Below the pieces are notes generated by a model. That model was not told where the DNA came from. It worked only from the letters and a program-made list of their open reading frames with translations, and did no database searches. DNA of 64,000 nt from Deltaproteobacteria bacterium. GTDB taxonomy: Bacteria > Desulfobacterota > BSN033 > WVXP01. Both the position numbers and the translations under genes were made by a program. Location: contig JAFDHF010000002.1 of assembly GCA_019308905.1 (NCBI GenBank), positions 75,854 to 139,853 on the forward strand, written 5' to 3'. Positions 1 through 10,259 of the stretch are shown here, piece by piece (the first letter of the stretch is position 1; each line of letters starts with the position of its first letter).

Positions 1-132
1 AACGACCGTCAAGAACCGGCCTGTGCAGTATGGCCGTGCCAATTCCTCCCCCGGGGAAAACGCTCCAAGCTCACCAAAAGACTCAAAACGAGACTTGACC
101 CCTTCGTGGACCCCTTCGTGATGATATTTTTC

Positions 133-161
133 TTGACATGATACATTAAACAGAATACACT
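133..161 (+). promoter_or_regulatory. sigma70-like promoter (TTGACA, 17 nt spacer, TACACT) upstream of the GntR gene; a TGTACA palindrome just downstream is a possible operator
   Basis: Read directly from the sequence: TTGACA at 133-138 and TACACT at 156-161. An alternative -10 TACAAT lies at 165-170. Confidence 0.4.
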
Positions 162-245
162 CTGTACAATCATGGCTCCTGAGAGTTCTAGGTCGGGGCA
201 CATCCGAATCCTAATTCCAGAATTCTTACAGGGAGAGACATCAAG

Positions 246-950
246 GTGTACTCTTACAGACAGATCTGGGAAACCATCGCCAGGGACGTTCAGGAAGATA
301 TCCTCAATGGTCGCTACAAACCGGGAGACCGGCTGAAGGAGAACGAACTGGCCACGAAATACTCGGTAAGCAACACCCCGGTCAGAGAGGCATTGAGGTA
401 CCTGGAGCGGATCGGCTTCGTCGAGATCATCCCCCGTACCATGGCCCGTGTGAGAAACATCAGCAAGAAAGAGCTTGAGAATCTGTTTACGATTCAGAGC
501 GTCTTGGAAGAACTGGCGGTTCAGCAAGCGGTCCCGAACCTCAGGGAGAGCGACTATCGAGACCTTGAGCAGTGCTTGCGTCTCATCGCCAAGTTCTATC
601 GTGAGGGGAACTACCCTGAATATGAGAAGGCCCATGTTCGCTTTCATTCCAGCATATGGAAGGCTTCCGACAACAAGGAGCTCGTCGAGCTTCTTCAAAA
701 CATCTACGATCGGGTCCGGAGGTTCAGGGCCGTGACACGCCGCCATCCCGACAGGTCGAAGGATGTGGCTGGACCTCACCGGGAGATATTGGACGCTGTT
801 GTCCAGAGGGATAGCAAAAGGGCGGGAAAACTGGTCCGCGCCCATCTGGAGAGATTCGTCAAAGAGATCGTTGCCATCTTGGAAAAGGAAGAAGAACCAT
901 CCCGTCTTCAGACCGGGGAGAAAGACCGGGCTGCTTCCACGGGCAGATGA
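246..950 (+). CDS. GntR-family transcriptional regulator with FadR/FCD-type C-terminal domain
   Basis: N-terminal winged-HTH signature (RLKENELATKYSVSNTPVREALRYLE) followed by a helical FCD-like domain. GTG start. Confidence 0.8.
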   Translation: MYSYRQIWETIARDVQEDILNGRYKPGDRLKENELATKYSVSNTPVREALRYLERIGFVEIIPRTMARVRNISKKELENLFTIQSVLEELAVQQAVPNLRESDYRDLEQCLRLIAKFYREGNYPEYEKAHVRFHSSIWKASDNKELVELLQNIYDRVRRFRAVTRRHPDRSKDVAGPHREILDAVVQRDSKRAGKLVRAHLERFVKEIVAILEKEEEPSRLQTGEKDRAASTGR

Positions 951-1151
951 CCCAGGCATAGCTTTCTGTTGTTGTAGGGCACAGGAGGAGAGTGTTTTGG
1001 TACACGACTCGAGAGAAAAGGGACCAACGGGCTCGATCTTGAAGTTGCCTTCCATGCCGGCCTGCCTTTCGCCAACGGCAGGCCGGCAGTACTCCGGCAC
1101 GGCTTTACGCGGGGTTCAATCAAGAATATTGCGTAGAAAGGAGGACTCCAA

Positions 1152-2675
1152 ATGAACAAGAAGGGCGTTCTAATAGTCTCTGTGCTTTTTCTCGCTCTCA
1201 TGGTAGTACCGTTGAGCACTTCCGGTGCGAATCCGAGGTACGGGGGCACGCTCAGAGCCAGCGTCTACCATGAAATAGTCACCGGCGACCCTCACAGGTC
1301 GAGCAGCTACGTCGATCGCCAGCTCTTGCAAAACCTCTACAACACCCTTGTCACCTATGACAAAGACCTGAATATAGTCCCGGAGCTTGCCGAATCGTGG
1401 AAGACCCCTGATCCAAAGACCTATATATTCAAGCTCCGGAAAGGTATCAAATTCCACGATGGAACAGAGTTCAATGCGGAGGCCGTGAAGTTCAACCTGG
1501 AACGGGTGCTCGATCCCAAGACGAAGTCACGCGCCAGGGGCGAGATATCTGCAATCAAATCCGTTGAAGTACTGGATGCCTACACGGTCAAGCTTAACCT
1601 CGCGTATCCCTTCAGCCCCTTGCTTGCAGGATTGACCGACAGGGCGGGGTTCATGATCTCCCCGACCGCTTTCAAGAAGATGGGGCCCGACGAGTTCGGC
1701 CGGCATCCTGTGGGAACCGGTCCTTTTGAGTTCGCCGAATGGGTGAGGGATGACCATCTGACCCTGAAGAGGTTCGAAGGATACTGGGAGAAGGGACTCC
1801 CTTACCTGGACAGGGTCGTATTCAAGCCCATTCCGGACCAGGCAGTAAAGCTCACCAACTTGAAGAGCGGCGCTCTCGACGTAATCGACGATGTCCTACC
1901 CAAGGATGTGAAGGGGGTCAAGAGAAGCAAGGACCTGCTCTTGTATGAGGTCCCCAGCTTCGGTTTCAACGCGTTGCGCCTCAACTGCACAAAACCGCCC
2001 TTCAACAACAAGGCCCTCCGCCAGGCTGTCGCCTATGCCGTAGACAGGGAGGCGATCTGGGAGCACCTCTTCTACAAGACGGGCATCGTGGGACATGGCC
2101 CGATCGCCCCGGTTTCATGGGCCTACGACCCGAACGACTTCAGGTACACCTGCGACCTGAACAAGGCGAGGGAGAAACTGCGAGAGGGAGGGAAGCCAAA
2201 AGGGTTCAAGTTCACGATGTACACGAAGATCTCGCCTATCGATGTCCAGGTTGCTCAGGTCATGCAGGCGCAGCTCAAGAGGGTCGGGATCGAAACCAAG
2301 ATCGTCCAGCTCGAAGGTGCCCTCCATCTGAAAGTGATGCTGGAGAAGACCTACGAGGGAAACTACGGCCTCTGGTCAGGCTATCCCGAGCCCGATACGA
2401 ACCTGTACAGGCAGTTTCACCCCAAGGGTTCGGCCAATTGGACCGGCTATGCCGACCCGAGGGTGACGGAGCTTCTGGACAAGGCCAGGGAATCGCTGAA
2501 CCACGCTGAACGCAAGAGGTATTACAGCGAAGCCCTGGACATCATTATCCGAGATGCGCCCCAGATATTCGTCTACTACTATCCTCGCCGGGCAGGCGTC
2601 AGCGCGAAGGTGCAGAACTTTGTCCTCTACCCGGATGGAAAGCTGCGGTTCAAGACGGTCTGGCTCAGCAGGTAA
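1152..2675 (+). CDS. ABC transporter substrate-binding protein, family 5 (DppA/OppA-like, peptide/opine/nickel type)
   Basis: AAAGGAGG ribosome-binding site, signal peptide, and the length and motifs typical of SBP_bac_5 proteins. Confidence 0.9.
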   Translation: MNKKGVLIVSVLFLALMVVPLSTSGANPRYGGTLRASVYHEIVTGDPHRSSSYVDRQLLQNLYNTLVTYDKDLNIVPELAESWKTPDPKTYIFKLRKGIKFHDGTEFNAEAVKFNLERVLDPKTKSRARGEISAIKSVEVLDAYTVKLNLAYPFSPLLAGLTDRAGFMISPTAFKKMGPDEFGRHPVGTGPFEFAEWVRDDHLTLKRFEGYWEKGLPYLDRVVFKPIPDQAVKLTNLKSGALDVIDDVLPKDVKGVKRSKDLLLYEVPSFGFNALRLNCTKPPFNNKALRQAVAYAVDREAIWEHLFYKTGIVGHGPIAPVSWAYDPNDFRYTCDLNKAREKLREGGKPKGFKFTMYTKISPIDVQVAQVMQAQLKRVGIETKIVQLEGALHLKVMLEKTYEGNYGLWSGYPEPDTNLYRQFHPKGSANWTGYADPRVTELLDKARESLNHAERKRYYSEALDIIIRDAPQIFVYYYPRRAGVSAKVQNFVLYPDGKLRFKTVWLSR

Positions 2676-2710
2676 GGCCTGACATTCATGCACTCGGTCC
2701 AGAAAGGCGC

Positions 2711-2746
2711 AAGGGCCGTCAAGGACACCTATTGACGACGGCCCTT
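2711..2746 (+). other. perfect 10-bp GC-rich stem-loop (aagggccgtc / gacggccctt, 16-nt loop) between the substrate-binding-protein gene and the permease genes
   Basis: Inverted repeat read directly from the sequence. There is no U-tract after it. Confidence 0.4.
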
Positions 2747-2844
2747 ACCCATGTTCTCCCTTCCCCTCTCGCACCAGCCAGAAGGGGAGGGAGAACGGAT
2801 GCCCGGTCGGAGACCGGCCCAAGGAGCCTGGAGAGTTCTATGCC

Positions 2845-3789
2845 ATGCTGAATTACATCATCCGCCGCCTCTTTGTAGCAGTCCCGGTTCTGCTGCTCAT
2901 CAGCATCATCGTCTTCCTGCTCGTCCACCTCCTCCCCGGTGACCCGGCCACGGTGATGCTGGGAGAGGAGAGCACCCCTGAGATGATCCAGGCCTTGAGG
3001 GCCGAACTAGGCCTCGACCAACCTCTCCACAAGCAGTACCTCCAATGGCTGACCCGATGTCTCTCCGGAGACTTCGGCCGTTCCATTCAGACCAGACAGC
3101 CCGTGAGCGAGGCATTGGTCCAGCGGCTCCCTGTAACGATCGAGCTGACCCTGCTCGGCTTCTGCGTCTCGATCATGATAGCTCTGCCCATTGCCGTTGC
3201 CAGCGCAGTGCGCCCCAATTCCTGGATAGATGTTATGGGCAGCGCGTTTGCCACAATCGGTATCTCAATGCCTTCCTTCTGGCTGGGAATCTTGCTGATC
3301 TATGCCTTTGCCGTCAGCCTCCATCTACTACCGGCATCGGGCTATGTTCCCCTCAGGGAGAGCGTGGTCCAGAATCTCCTGCACATGGTTCTGCCGGCTT
3401 TCACCCTCGGTATGTGGCTCAGTGCGTCGGCAATGCGCATGATCAGGGCCGGAATGATCGACGTGCTCGAACGCCCTTACATCCGCACGGCTAGAGCCAA
3501 GGGCCTTTCCGAGAGAAGGGTTCTATGGCATCACGCCCTCAAGAATGCGTTTATCCCTGTTGTCACTATTCTCGGCCTCCAGTTGGGGCGCCTGATGGGT
3601 GGCGCCGTGGTGACAGAAACGATCTTTGCCCAGCCGGGCGTCGGCCAATTGGCGGTCAAATCGATCTTCATGCGCGATTTCCCCCCGGTACAGGCGATCG
3701 TTCTGGTTATGGCGATCTCTATGCTTTTGAGTAGCCTGGTCGTCGATATCCTTTACTCGTTCTTGGATCCAAGGATAAGGCTCAGATAG
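2845..3789 (+). CDS. ABC transporter permease (DppB/OppB-like)
   Basis: Multi-pass membrane protein with the binding-protein-dependent transport EAA-loop region. TAG stop. Confidence 0.85.
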   Translation: MLNYIIRRLFVAVPVLLLISIIVFLLVHLLPGDPATVMLGEESTPEMIQALRAELGLDQPLHKQYLQWLTRCLSGDFGRSIQTRQPVSEALVQRLPVTIELTLLGFCVSIMIALPIAVASAVRPNSWIDVMGSAFATIGISMPSFWLGILLIYAFAVSLHLLPASGYVPLRESVVQNLLHMVLPAFTLGMWLSASAMRMIRAGMIDVLERPYIRTARAKGLSERRVLWHHALKNAFIPVVTILGLQLGRLMGGAVVTETIFAQPGVGQLAVKSIFMRDFPPVQAIVLVMAISMLLSSLVVDILYSFLDPRIRLR

Positions 3790-3797
3790 GACCCGCG

Positions 3798-4679
3798 ATG
3801 GAAGCAGTGACCATGATCACCGAGAGAGTCGGGAAGCTGTTCGGGTGGAGGACAAACGTTCTCCCCCTTTTCAGGCGTTTTCCCCTGCTGGTTTGCGGGA
3901 TAGCGGTTCTTGTGGTGGTAACCGTCGCCGCCATCGCGGCACCCCTGCTCTCCCCTTACGATCCCCTCGGCGTCGATCTCTCTGCAATGCTGGAGCCCCC
4001 GAATACCCGCCATCTTTTGGGAACCGACGATCTCGGTCGAGACCTCCTGAGCCGGATCATCTACGGCGGGAGGATCTCGCTGAGCGTTTCGGTCGGGTCC
4101 GTATCGATCTCCCTCGGCGTGGGACTCCTGATCGGACTCATAACAGGTTACTGGGGCGGATGGATCGACACGGTACTGATGCGGCTGATGGACGCCATCC
4201 TGGCCTTTCCCTCCCTGGTACTAGCCCTCGCCATAGCCGCAGCTCTGGGGGCGAAACTCGTCAACACGGCCATCGCCATCGGAATCGTCTACATCCCTCA
4301 GTTCGCCCGATTGGCACGAGGACAGGTGCTGGCGGTCCGCGGGCTCGAGTACATCCAGGCTTCAAGGGGTCTCGGTGCTTCCAATACCAGGATCATCTTG
4401 AGTCATATTCTCCCTAACATCGCGATGCCTCTTATCGTCCAGGTAACGCTTTCTCTGGGATACGCCATCCTCGCCGAAGCCGCTCTCAGTTTCCTCGGTG
4501 TCGGGGTTCAGCCACCCCAGGCCGCATGGGGCACCATGCTCAGGATGGGCTATCCATACCTGGACACGGCACCCTGGCTCGCCATCGTGCCGGGAGCCGC
4601 GATATTCGTCGTCGTAATGGCCTTCACCTTCGTGGGAGATGGAATAGGCAATCTCCTTGGAGGCGGGTCAAGGAGATAA
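3798..4679 (+). CDS. ABC transporter permease (DppC/OppC-like)
   Basis: Membrane permease paralog immediately downstream of the first permease. Confidence 0.85.
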   Translation: MEAVTMITERVGKLFGWRTNVLPLFRRFPLLVCGIAVLVVVTVAAIAAPLLSPYDPLGVDLSAMLEPPNTRHLLGTDDLGRDLLSRIIYGGRISLSVSVGSVSISLGVGLLIGLITGYWGGWIDTVLMRLMDAILAFPSLVLALAIAAALGAKLVNTAIAIGIVYIPQFARLARGQVLAVRGLEYIQASRGLGASNTRIILSHILPNIAMPLIVQVTLSLGYAILAEAALSFLGVGVQPPQAAWGTMLRMGYPYLDTAPWLAIVPGAAIFVVVMAFTFVGDGIGNLLGGGSRR

Positions 4680-4694
4680 GGATACGAGGAGATT

Positions 4695-5597
4695 ATGATG
4701 CTGAGACTGCCGAGGTTCGATTATGAGCGGCCGACGAGGTTGGACGACGCCATCGGATTGCTGGCCGACAGGGACGGAGATTCAAGGATTCTCGCTGGAG
4801 GAACCGACCTGATTGTGCAGATGAAGAAGGGCGTCTTGAACGCGGATCTCATCGTGGACATAAAGTCGATCCCTCAACTCGCGGAGATCTCTCTGGATCC
4901 GAAGGGAAACCTGGCCATAGGAGCCAACGTGACCCTTTCGGCACTCGAGGGTTGGATCACGACGGAAAGCAAATGGGCAGGCCTGCTGATGGCTGTGCGG
5001 ACCATCGGTTCCGAGCAGGTGCGCAACCGTGCCACCGTTGCCGGGAACATCTGCAGGGCCTCTCCTTCTGGAGACATGGCTCCCATGCTGATGGTCATGG
5101 ACGCGAAGGTGAAGATCAAGGGCCCCAATGGGTATCGAGCTCTTCCCCTGGATGGGTTTTTCGCGGGCCCCGGCCAAACCGTGCTCTCCCCCGGGGAGAT
5201 CGTAACGTCCATCCTGGTCCCCAAGCCTTCAGGGCGTTTCTCGGCCGTGTATCTGAAGCATGGAACCCGCCGCGCCATGGATCTCGCCATAGTCGGCACA
5301 GCCGTGAGTATCAGCATGGATGATAGCGGGAAGAACGTCCTCCAGGCGAGGATTGCCCTGGGGGCCGTGGCTCCCACACCCATAAGGGTTCCGGACGGGG
5401 AGAGGCTCCTCGTTCAAGAGGGATTCTCGGAGAGTGTCGTCCGGGAGATTGCTTCGATGGCGGCAGACCGCTCCCGGCCGATTACCGATATGAGGTCCAC
5501 GGACAGTTATAGGTACGAGATGGTGAAGGTCAATGTCAGAAGGGCGCTCGGGCAGGCTTGGGCCGGAGCAGCAAGCAGAGGGGAGAGGACTTCATGA
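4695..5597 (+). CDS. xanthine dehydrogenase / CO dehydrogenase family, FAD-binding medium subunit
   Basis: FAD-binding PCMH-type N-terminus (ILAGGTDLIVQMKKG) and a CO-dehydrogenase flavoprotein C-terminal domain. Confidence 0.85.
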   Translation: MMLRLPRFDYERPTRLDDAIGLLADRDGDSRILAGGTDLIVQMKKGVLNADLIVDIKSIPQLAEISLDPKGNLAIGANVTLSALEGWITTESKWAGLLMAVRTIGSEQVRNRATVAGNICRASPSGDMAPMLMVMDAKVKIKGPNGYRALPLDGFFAGPGQTVLSPGEIVTSILVPKPSGRFSAVYLKHGTRRAMDLAIVGTAVSISMDDSGKNVLQARIALGAVAPTPIRVPDGERLLVQEGFSESVVREIASMAADRSRPITDMRSTDSYRYEMVKVNVRRALGQAWAGAASRGERTS

Positions 5598-6067
5598 AAC
5601 CCATCGCTTTCCACTTGAACGGAGAGAAAGTCAGCATAGCCGTGGAACCCCATTGGACCCTCTTGCAGGTTCTAAGAGACGTCCTGCATCTGACCGGTAC
5701 CCATCGGGGATGTGAAACAGGGGACTGCGGCGCATGCACGGTGATCCTGGACGGCCTGGCCGTAAACTCCTGTCTGATTCTCGCAGTCGAGGTCGAAGGT
5801 AGGTCTGTAGTGACAATCGAAGGCCTTGCGAGAGAGGGGGAGTTGGACCCGGTTCAAAAGGCATTCGTGGACAGGGGGGCCATCCAGTGTGGATTCTGCA
5901 CCCCAGGGATGGTCATGGCTTCAAAGGCATTGCTCCAGAAAAACCCCTCGCCTACCAGGGAGGAAATCTCCTTCAGACTCGCGGGGAACATCTGTCGTTG
6001 CACGGGTTATACAAAAATCATCGAAGCCGTGATTGCGGCGTCCAAGACGGGGAATAGCCAGAAATGA
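5594..6067 (+). CDS. xanthine dehydrogenase family (2Fe-2S)-binding small subunit
   Basis: Plant-type ferredoxin cysteines (CETGDCGACTV) plus a second [2Fe-2S] motif (CGFCTPG, CRCTGY). Its ATG overlaps the upstream TGA. Confidence 0.85.
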   Translation: MKPIAFHLNGEKVSIAVEPHWTLLQVLRDVLHLTGTHRGCETGDCGACTVILDGLAVNSCLILAVEVEGRSVVTIEGLAREGELDPVQKAFVDRGAIQCGFCTPGMVMASKALLQKNPSPTREEISFRLAGNICRCTGYTKIIEAVIAASKTGNSQK

Positions 6068-8391
6068 AAGAGAATGTGACAGGGTATCACGTCGTCGGGA
6101 AGAGCGTGACGAGACTCGATGCTGTGGAAAAGGTGACCGGCCATGGAGAATACATCCCTGACCTCCATCGCCCAAACATGCTGCATGGTGCGATGCTGAG
6201 GAGCCCCATTCCCCACGGCAGGATCCTCGATGTCGACACGGCCCGGGCAAAACGCCTCCCCGGCGTGAAAGCCGTCATTACCGGGAGAGACATCCCGGAC
6301 ACCTTCCTGGGGTTCCAGATCGCGCAGGCGAACAAGCGGCCCCTGTGTCTGGACAAGGTCCGTTACGTGGGAGATGAGATAGCCGCCGTTGCCGCCGAAA
6401 GCGAAGAAACAGCCAGGGAGGCCTGTTCCCTGATCAGAGTTCAGTTCGAACCCCTTCCCGCTGTCTTCGATCCAGAATCCTCATTGGAACCCGAGGCGCC
6501 GCTCGTTCATGAGGACAAGCCAAGAAACATCTCCGGAGAGGTTCACAAGGTTTTCGGAGACGTCGAAGAGGGCTTTGCAAGGGCCTTCCGTGTTTTTGAG
6601 TCGACTTTCAGGACAACAGGTGTTGCCCACTGCTGTATGGAGACACGGGGCGCCTTGGCTGAGTTCGACATGCAAGGGCGGGTCACACTCTGGTCTACGA
6701 CCCAGTTTCCCCATGTTCTCCGGGATATCATGTCTCGGGTGCTCGACATGCCTGTCGGAAAGATTCGCGTGCGCAAGGCTTTCATCGGCGGAGGATTCGG
6801 GAGCCGCCAGTCGATGGATTCGGTGGATCCGGTCTGTGTCTTGCTGGCCCAGAAAACCGGGAGACCCGTCAGGATCGTCAAGACCAGACCAGAGGAGCTG
6901 GTATCGGACCGGATCCGCTATCCAATGATAATCAAGCTCAAGACCGGCGTCAAAGAAACGGGAGAACTCCTGGCCAGAAAGGTGGAAATCCTTACGGACG
7001 GCGGCGCTTACAATGATCAGGGACTCGCCGTGACAACCAGCGCGGGCTCGAAGATCACCGGTCTCTATCGTGTCCCAAACGTGGAGATCGACGGCATGGT
7101 GGTGTTCACCAATAAGGTCTGGGGCGGGGCTTTCCGCGGTTACGGCAATCCCCAAATCACCTTTGCCATCGAATCGCAGATGGATGAAATCGCAGAAGAG
7201 CTGGGGATGGGGAAACTCGAGCTCCGGCTCCTCAACGCCAACAGGCAGGGTGATGTGACCGTTGCAGGAGCGAGATACGTGAGCTGCGGCTTTACCGAAT
7301 GCCTCGAAAAGAGCACGGCCGCGGCAGGCTGGAAGGACGGGGAAAAAACAAAGCACGAAGTCGGGAAGGGCCCGAAGCTCCGCGGGATGGGAATGGCAGG
7401 GATGATCCATACAGGGGGCGGGGGTATCAGCGCCCACGGCGGCAATTTCTCGTCGGCCTTCATCAAGGTCGAGGAAGACGGGTCCGTGGATCTGCTGACC
7501 GGCGTTCCGGATGTCGGGCAGGGCTCTGACACTGTCCTCGCACAGATCGCCGCAGAGGAAATTGGCGTCTCCATGGAGGCCATGAGAATCCACGCAGGGG
7601 ACACGGCCATCACCCCCTCGACCCAGGGCGTTCGGGGATCACGGGAGACATTCGTGGCCGGCAACGCCGTCAGAATCGCCGCGAGGAAGGCGAAAGACGA
7701 ACTCCTGAAAAGGGGTTCTTCCATGCTGGGAGTGGGAAAAGAAGAACTCGAGGTGGCAGATGGGAGAATCTACGTGAGATCGAATCCCGGCAGATACGTC
7801 ACCGTTGCCCAGGCCGCCGCGTTGCCCATGTTTGACCGGGCCTCCGCCTTTCCCATGGGGGTGCCCGTCGTAGCAAGCAGCTGCTATGTGGACCCGGTGA
7901 GCAAGCCCTCTGACCGTGAAACCGGGTACGGGAACATCTGCCCCACCTGGGTGTTCGGGGCCCAGGTAGCAGAGGTCGAAGTCGATCGTGAAACAGGACA
8001 GGTGACCGTCATACGGGTGATTGCGGCTCACGATGTGGGAAAAGCGATAAATCCCTGTGCCGTCGAGGGGCAGTTCGAAGGGGCGATCGTTCAGGGCATA
8101 GGAATGGCTCTCTCTGAGAGGATCATCTGGCAGGATGGAGCGGTGGCGAACCGGTACCTCGGGGACTACAAGCTCCCCACTACTATGGACACTCCTGGTA
8201 TAGAGACCATTCTTGTCGAGACGAATGACCCTTACGGGCCGTTCGGGGCCAAGGGTGTGGGAGAGGCGGCCATAGTTCCCACGGCCGCTGCCATAGCGAA
8301 CGCCGTTTACGACGCAACTGGTGTCAGGATCAGGGAACTGCCGATAACAGCCGAAAAAGTGCTAGCGGCTCTGAAGCAGAAAGGAGGCTGA
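6064..8391 (+). CDS. xanthine dehydrogenase / aldehyde oxidase family molybdopterin-binding large subunit
   Basis: 775 aa. Aldehyde-oxidase/xanthine-dehydrogenase a/b hammerhead domain and molybdopterin-binding domain. ATGA overlap with the FeS subunit. Confidence 0.9.
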   Translation: MKENVTGYHVVGKSVTRLDAVEKVTGHGEYIPDLHRPNMLHGAMLRSPIPHGRILDVDTARAKRLPGVKAVITGRDIPDTFLGFQIAQANKRPLCLDKVRYVGDEIAAVAAESEETAREACSLIRVQFEPLPAVFDPESSLEPEAPLVHEDKPRNISGEVHKVFGDVEEGFARAFRVFESTFRTTGVAHCCMETRGALAEFDMQGRVTLWSTTQFPHVLRDIMSRVLDMPVGKIRVRKAFIGGGFGSRQSMDSVDPVCVLLAQKTGRPVRIVKTRPEELVSDRIRYPMIIKLKTGVKETGELLARKVEILTDGGAYNDQGLAVTTSAGSKITGLYRVPNVEIDGMVVFTNKVWGGAFRGYGNPQITFAIESQMDEIAEELGMGKLELRLLNANRQGDVTVAGARYVSCGFTECLEKSTAAAGWKDGEKTKHEVGKGPKLRGMGMAGMIHTGGGGISAHGGNFSSAFIKVEEDGSVDLLTGVPDVGQGSDTVLAQIAAEEIGVSMEAMRIHAGDTAITPSTQGVRGSRETFVAGNAVRIAARKAKDELLKRGSSMLGVGKEELEVADGRIYVRSNPGRYVTVAQAAALPMFDRASAFPMGVPVVASSCYVDPVSKPSDRETGYGNICPTWVFGAQVAEVEVDRETGQVTVIRVIAAHDVGKAINPCAVEGQFEGAIVQGIGMALSERIIWQDGAVANRYLGDYKLPTTMDTPGIETILVETNDPYGPFGAKGVGEAAIVPTAAAIANAVYDATGVRIRELPITAEKVLAALKQKGG

Positions 8392-8397
8392 GAGGCT

Positions 8398-9129
8398 GTG
8401 GAAGCACGTCTTTGTCGAAAATTGCAGGATACGCTCTGCCTTGAGAAAAAACCCGTGGTCGTTGCCCTCTCCGACCGCTCTCCCGAGGGGGTGGAAAGAT
8501 TCAAAGGCGAGCAAAAGGCCTGCGAGTTTATCGATACGGTCCGTGAGGAGGATCGCCCCTTTTACACGACCCTGGAAAACCAGTCTTGCAGAAACGGCAA
8601 CTACTATCTCGGGTTGGCTCCACCCTTCGAAGGGTTGATCACCGGTGAGCACAACGCCGGTGAAAACGGCCGCGGACTGGTCGGGTCCCCCGGAGCCTTC
8701 AGACGCCTCCTTTCGGGGTATGAGATCGTACCCACCGGTACTGTTTCCGTAATCACCTATGCTCCGTTGGATAGGGTTCCATTCTCGGACCGGTTCGGCG
8801 GGCAGGTGGTGGTCGTCAGCTGCCTGCCCAGACAGGCACTGCTGTTGTTGAGGGGTGCCAACTTCAGGACCGGCCACACCGTCCCCGGCTTGACGGGCCC
8901 ATCCACGTGCTCCAGCGTCATTGCGGCCCCCTTGCTCCGCGGTCAGGTCCACTACTCCCTGGGATGCTTTGGACTCAGGCTCTTCACCAAGATTCGAGAC
9001 GAAGAACTCGTTGTCGGCATCCCCCGGGAAGAGCTGGTGGAGGTGGTGGAAGGGTTGGAGCGGTTTCTCGAGGGGAGACCGGACTTGGGTGTCCAAGAAA
9101 AACAGAATAGGGAGACGGAACACGGCTGA
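8398..9129 (+). CDS. DUF169-family protein (uncharacterised archaeal-cluster-related protein, COG2043-like)
   Basis: About 240 aa, with a C-terminal SLGCFGLR motif resembling the conserved SLGCxGCR motif of DUF169. GTG start 6 nt after the molybdo-subunit stop. Confidence 0.5.
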   Translation: MEARLCRKLQDTLCLEKKPVVVALSDRSPEGVERFKGEQKACEFIDTVREEDRPFYTTLENQSCRNGNYYLGLAPPFEGLITGEHNAGENGRGLVGSPGAFRRLLSGYEIVPTGTVSVITYAPLDRVPFSDRFGGQVVVVSCLPRQALLLLRGANFRTGHTVPGLTGPSTCSSVIAAPLLRGQVHYSLGCFGLRLFTKIRDEELVVGIPREELVEVVEGLERFLEGRPDLGVQEKQNRETEHG

Positions 9130-9278
9130 TTGGAAAACGATGCGGCAGGACCGGTGAAATTCCATCACTTGTGGTTTCATGCACGGGATTCCGGCGTCTT
9201 TCCTGCGATTCGCCCCAGGTTGCATTTCTGGCTCTGTCCCTTGCTCCGACCGGGGGCGGGGATTTCTACTCCTAAGTC

Positions 9279-10259
9279 ATGGCCGAACTGCTAAGGATCA
9301 GCGAACTGAAAACCTATTTCTTCACGGACAAGGGTGTCATAAGGGCCGTGGACGGGGCGAGTCTCTCCCTCGACAAGGGAGATACCCTAGGTATTGTAGG
9401 TGAGTCCGGATGCGGGAAATCCGTGACTGCCCTGTCGGTCTTGAGACTGATTCCAAAGCCCGGGAGGCAGGTGGGGGGCACCATTGTTTTTGAAGGTGAG
9501 GATCTGGCGAAATTGGACGAATTGGAGATGCGCAGGATCAGGGGGAACAAGATATCCATGATCTTTCAGGAGCCCATGGCATCGCTCAATCCCGTCATCA
9601 AGGTGGGAGACCAAGTTGCCGAGGTGATCCAGCTCCACCAGCACCTATCCAAGAGGGACGCCCTCGAAAAAACCGTCCAGATGTTTCGCCTCGTGGGTAT
9701 TCCGGCACCTGAAGCCCGATTGAAGAACTATCCCCACCAGATGAGCGGCGGGATGCAGCAGAGGGTCATGATCGCAATGGCCCTTTCGTGCAATCCCCAC
9801 TTGATGATCGCCGACGAGCCCACGACGGCCTTGGATGTGACCATTCAGGCGCAGATTCTGGCCCTCATCAACACCCTCAAAGAACAGATCGGCATGTCTG
9901 TCATACTGATCACTCACGACTTGGGGATCGTGGCCGAAACGGCGCAGCACGTGGCGGTCATGTATGCGGGGAACGTGGTTGAGTACTGTGACGTCGTCTC
10001 CCTTTTCGAAGACCCATTGCACCCGTATACACGCGGTCTGCTGAACTCTATTCCCATGTCCACAAAGGGGCAGGGGCGCAAACAGAAACTCAGGGCGATT
10101 CCCGGTGTTGTACCGAACCTGCTGGAATTGCCGACCGGATGCAGGTTTCAGGATCGTTGCCTCTTGCGTTCAAGGCAGTGTCTTGAAAGCGAGCCGGAAT
10201 TGGTCGAACACAAACCAGGGCATCTTGTCAGATGTTGGAGGGCATCGGCCGATCGATGA
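9279..10259 (+). CDS. ABC transporter ATP-binding protein (DppD/OppD-like)
   Basis: Walker A (GESGCGKS), ABC signature (LSGGMQQR), Walker B, and an oligopeptide-type C-terminal extension. Confidence 0.9.
   Translation: MAELLRISELKTYFFTDKGVIRAVDGASLSLDKGDTLGIVGESGCGKSVTALSVLRLIPKPGRQVGGTIVFEGEDLAKLDELEMRRIRGNKISMIFQEPMASLNPVIKVGDQVAEVIQLHQHLSKRDALEKTVQMFRLVGIPAPEARLKNYPHQMSGGMQQRVMIAMALSCNPHLMIADEPTTALDVTIQAQILALINTLKEQIGMSVILITHDLGIVAETAQHVAVMYAGNVVEYCDVVSLFEDPLHPYTRGLLNSIPMSTKGQGRKQKLRAIPGVVPNLLELPTGCRFQDRCLLRSRQCLESEPELVEHKPGHLVRCWRASADR

Noticed and set aside
8398-9129. Assigning a specific function, such as XdhC-like molybdenum cofactor insertion, to the DUF169 gene
   Set aside because: There is no XdhC/CoxF signature in the sequence. 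Only the conserved DUF169-like SLGCFGLR motif and operon context are available, so it is left as DUF169.
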